Positions 52,881-64,000 of a stretch of 64,000 nucleotides of DNA are shown piece after piece. The stretch lies in assembly GCF_009914755.1 (NCBI RefSeq), contig NC_060936.1; one strand, given 5' to 3'. This DNA comes from the human T2T-CHM13v2.0 reference genome, Homo sapiens. A program made the position numbers and the translations under genes. The notes under the pieces are model-generated. The model had not been told where the DNA came from, ran no database searches, and saw only the letters and a program-made list of their open reading frames with translations. Every line of letters starts with the position of its first letter. Position 1 is the stretch's first letter.

Positions 52881-53519
52881 TCACAAAGTAATCCCTCCTT
52901 AATAGAGCCAACTAATGTCAGAGAGAGGTCCTGTGTGTCCAACCTACCTAGTAAAACATTTTCATTTTCCCCATTTCTTGACCACTGAGTTTTCTATTCT
53001 TTCAACCATCCAGGGCCTCTGTACAGCACAGTAAAAACAGCAAAGCAGCCATTAGGACTCTCAGGGCCACAGCCATTAGGGCCAGAGTATGAGAAGCTCA
53101 AGATGAGTAACCACAAGGCATGACAGAAACACCTTTACCTTCATTTCTTACTCTGTCCAGAAGGAAGCTGAAATTGTAATCTTGTGTTCCCTACGACCTG
53201 CTACTGAAAGGCAGCTGTCACGCAAAACTATGAAATTAGCTTAAACCTCTTTTTAGAGCACGTGTTCACCAAGATTTTAATTCTTCCTTTAGGGTTACTT
53301 TGTCTCTCAGTTACCTTCTTCTTGAGATTGCACATACATCAATGAAGTTCTCTTAAGAATTATCATCTTCAATCCCCAACTCCCTTTCTCTTATGTGAAG
53401 ACTCAATGAGTTACTGACTTATAACCTCTAACACTATAAATAATCCACTCAAAGTCTTCTACCTAAAACCATTCCTTATTTTCTGATATTACCCATTTCT
53501 TAGATGTTTCTCCAGGATA

Positions 53520-53750
53520 ATTATAATTAATGTAGTAAGATCTGTGGCACTTCACAGTTTGCCAAGTGCTTTCTAAATGTACTCACTTAATCCTTACAGG
53601 CTGTGGAAAAGGTAATTCCCTCTATTTTATAGGTAAGGAAAAAGGACCGAAGAACTCACTACCATGTCGTATCAACAAAGCAAGTTGGTGGCAAACCGGA
53701 CCTCCGAAATAGGTCTTCCAACTCCACACGGCATGCTCGTCCCATTCTAT
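53520..53750 (-). mobile_element. MIR-family fragment
   Basis: ggcacttcacagtttgccaagtgctttc...cacttaatccttaca...ctattttataggtaaggaaa. Confidence 0.6.
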
Positions 53751-54932
53751 TATGCTCTTTTCTAAGAAGGGAATGTCTACAGTTCTGTCCCAAACCACAT
53801 TTGCTTCAAGAGTAAACCATCTTCAAACCATTTCTCTAAATTGCAATCAGGTCCCCCACTCCTACGATCATGCCATTTCTTGCTTCCTCACTCTCCAGCT
53901 ATGACTTCCTTCTCACTACCCGATTTCCACTCTTCATGGATACTGCCATCATTCCTTCAACCCGTCCTGCAAATATCCCACCTCTACATGCTAAAGGGAG
54001 ACCCCTCATGTTCCTTCCCCCAAACCCTGGCACTCCCTTCTCCGGATATGTAGGTTGTCACCCCATAAACTACACAGTAGCTTCTCGCTTCTCGGCCCTT
54101 AACGAGCTACTTACTAACTTTAAAAGCCCCACAGAAATGAACTTAACTTGCAGGTCCTCCACCTCCACACTTGGCCCTGGGCGCCATTCCTCTGAAAATA
54201 ATAGTACCAACCCTTACAAAGACTCTGCCCATGCCCCACTGTCACCAACGAATTCCTTTTCCAGAAGGAAAAGGAAACAGGTTCTTCAGGCTCCTCTTCC
54301 AACCTCTTCACCAGTGACTCCCCTCCAAGGTTCGTGGACTCTCCCCCCCGCAGTTTTCCTCCCCTCACTCCCGGGCCTCTGCCCACCTCACCAACTCTCC
54401 CTGCGCTCCCTGTCCCAGAGCCAAGCGGCGGCCCCGCAGCTGCGGCGGCTGCTCCACTCTCCCAACTTAGAAGTTCTGCCTCTATCACCTGTTCTCACTA
54501 GAGCTTCCTCTCAGCCCAGCGGCCCACCTTTGCCCTGGCCTGCCTCTCTCCACCCCTTCGAGTCCTCCTGCCCAGGAAACACCCCCACGAGTCAGTTCCG
54601 GGGTGCCTGTCGGATTCAACTTCCCATCCGTGGGATTCCCACCCCCGGGGTCATGCTCCCCTTCTCCATCACCTGCTCCGCCCATAGCCAGATGACATCC
54701 GCCGCTGCCTCCTCCTCCATTCCCCTTCTCGGACGCCAGGTCCCCGGCCACTCACCGCCCTCCGTGCGCGCCAGCCGCCCCCTCCGGTGGGGAAGAGGGG
54801 GGCGTGCACCCCAACCCGCGCCCCCCCCCCACGACACGCACCTGTTCTTCCTCCTCTTCCCCTCGGCGGGCCGCGCCGGCGCCCCGACCCCCACCCTTGC
54901 CGCCTCCCGGCCTCCCGGAGCCCCGCACTCAC

Positions 54933-54955
54933 CACGAGTAGGTCTGCTCCGCCAT
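54933..54955 (-). CDS. SPPL3: First coding exon (23 nt, MAEQTYS + first 2 nt of W) of signal peptide peptidase-like 3, a Golgi GxGD intramembrane aspartyl protease
   Basis: Minus strand reads GCAGCGCC-ATG-GCG-GAG-CAG-ACC-TAC-TCG-TG|GTGAGT: strong Kozak (G-3, G+4), canonical donor at 54932-54927, inside a CpG island. MAEQTYSW matches the SPPL3 N-terminus as I recall it (MAEQTYSWAYSLVD...). Confidence 0.93.
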
Positions 54956-55050
54956 GGCGCTGCCTCTCGTGGGCTCCGCTGCAGGCTGTGGCCGGGCCCG
55001 GCGGCGGCGGGCTCGCTCGGGCCGTAGCTGAAGGCGCGGCCGGGGTTCGG

Positions 55051-55087
55051 TGCTTGCTTGCTTGCTCGCTCGCTGGCTCGCTGGCTG
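55051..55087. repeat. Degenerate (GCTN)n tetranucleotide repeat in SPPL3 5' UTR
   Basis: tgcttgcttgcttgctcgctcgctggctcgctggctg. Confidence 0.7.
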
Positions 55088-55187
55088 CACGGCGGGCCGG
55101 GAAGGCGGCTGGCGGGGAGAGGCCGGGCTCCGAGGCGGCCCCGCTCCCTGGGCCCCGGGGCGGGGCGGGCTCCGCTCTCGGCCTCCC

Positions 55188-55235
55188 TCACCCGCGGCGG
55201 CGGCGGCGGCTCCGCTGGAGCTCCAAACCCAACAT
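55188..55235 (-). other. uORF2 in SPPL3 leader, 15 aa MLGLELQRSRRRRRG
   Basis: GCCGCCGCC-ATG-T ... GGG-TGA translated by hand; out of frame with the main ATG. Confidence 0.65.
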
Positions 55236-55241
55236 GGCGGC
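55231..55241 (+). promoter_or_regulatory. YY1 motif downstream of the inferred TSS
   Basis: AACATGGCGGC matches YY1 AANATGGCGGC and overlaps the uORF2 start. Confidence 0.55.
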
Positions 55242-55301
55242 GGCGGCGGCGCGGAGAACAAGGGGGCCCTGGGGCGGGCGAACGGCAAGACGGGCCCGCG
55301 C

Positions 55302-55364
55302 TCACTGCGCGCGGGGCCGCGGGAGCGCCGCGCTCGGGCGGCGGCGGCGGCGGCCGGGGGACAT
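55302..55364 (-). other. uORF1 in SPPL3 leader, 20 aa MSPGRRRRRPSAALPRPRAQ
   Basis: GCTGGCC-ATG-T ... CAG-TGA translated by hand; counts as a uORF only if the TSS lies upstream of 55364. Confidence 0.55.
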
Positions 55365-55440
55365 GGCCAGCGGGCGGAGGCGGCGGCGACTGAGGGGGGC
55401 GCTAGGCGATGAGGCGAGGCCACTCGATCACACCCGCCGA

Positions 55441-55547
55441 GGGGAGGAGGGGCGGGGGCGGGGGCGAGCCTTGGCCCCGCGCGGGTCACGTGCCCAAAAC
55501 ACGCTCACGTGATGCGCGCCCCGCCCCTCGAGCCGGGCCCATGCGCA
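55441..55547. promoter_or_regulatory. Proximal promoter motifs: Sp/KLF GC boxes, two CACGTG E-boxes, NRF1-like site
   Basis: GGGGCGGGGGCGGGGGCG ~55449-55466; GTCACGTG 55485-55492; TCACGTGA 55505-55512; GCCCATGCGCA ~55537-55547; no TATA box. Confidence 0.7.
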
Positions 55548-55695
55548 GAGACGTCGGCTCCTGGGTTCTAGGCGGCTGCTGCTCGCACAGCCAGAGCAGT
55601 TGGGCCGCCTCCCGCTGCCTGGTGCCGCCCCCCTCCCCACGCGGAGATGTCGCCTCGGGTACCCTCTTCCGCCCCTCTCCGAGGGGCTGCTGCAC

Positions 55696-55707
55696 CAGCC
55701 AATCGGG
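55696..55707 (+). promoter_or_regulatory. CCAAT (NF-Y) box
   Basis: CAGCCAATCGGG fits the extended NF-Y consensus; CCAAT at 55699-55703. Confidence 0.55.
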
Positions 55708-55899
55708 AACCCCGATGCGCGTCTGTTGGCTGCCACTCAGCTGTCAACCGTCAGTCAACAGTCTGCTGGCCACGGGCCCCCCAACTGTCAGTCAACCTGT
55801 CAGTCAACAGGCAGAGGGCTGCATTCCTTCGTTCGTATGTTCCTTGGTTCATTCATTCAGGTAGCAAATATTCCAGGCAGCCAACCTTTATTGCGCCCA

Positions 55900-60890
<4,991 letters not shown>

Positions 60891-61084
60891 GGAAGGCAAG
60901 CCAGGATCCAGAACAACTTGTTTTGCCTGATGTCATACTCAACATCCACTTCTGTCCTCTGTAACTCCCTCCTTGACTAAGAGTGAGAGTTCTTAAGGGG
61001 AGAGAGATACGGGAAGACAGATCAGAAGTAAGGTATATGGTGAGCTTATCAGACACAGGGTCACTTGCATTCTTTGAACATGGG

Positions 61085-64000
<2,916 letters not shown>

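Larger units (their letters stand above)
54956..55450 (-). other. SPPL3: GC-rich 5' UTR part of SPPL3 exon 1 (TSS inferred, ~55.4-55.45 kb)
   Basis: Continuous GC-rich sequence between the ATG and the GC-box/E-box cluster, with several (GCC)n runs. The exact TSS is not visible in sequence. Confidence 0.65.
54400..55750. promoter_or_regulatory. CpG island / SPPL3 promoter
   Basis: Very high GC with abundant CpG against a CpG-depleted background; spans exon 1. Confidence 0.93.

Overview
Primate (very likely human) genomic DNA, about half interspersed repeats. The only protein-coding sequence I can support is the first coding exon of SPPL3 (signal peptide peptidase-like 3) on the minus strand. 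It is ATG GCG GAG CAG ACC TAC TCG TG|gtgagt (MAEQTYSW..., 54955-54933) and sits in a CpG island at ~54.4-55.75 kb. Positions 1-54932 are the 5' part of its long first intron; I did not find exon 2 in the window. That intron holds ~48 Alus, old L1/HAL1/L2/MIR pieces, MaLR/ERVL LTRs and nested hAT/Tigger fossils. Positions ~55.5-64 kb are promoter and upstream DNA, with splice and polyA signals suggesting a divergent plus-strand lncRNA. Best leads: (1) two same-frame uORFs in the SPPL3 leader, each encoding five Arg from a CGC run; (2) an 82-nt pre-miRNA-like hairpin formed by inverted duplication inside an MLT1 LTR; (3) a tail-only inverted Alu/Alu fusion; (4) tandem CLEAR-type E-boxes and a PBX/PKNOX-like motif cluster in the promoter; (5) a palindromic AT-rich minisatellite grown from an Alu tail. 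I see no evidence of a wholly new multi-gene system. Repeat subfamily names come from recognising consensus sequence by eye and boundaries are approximate; both need RepeatMasker confirmation.
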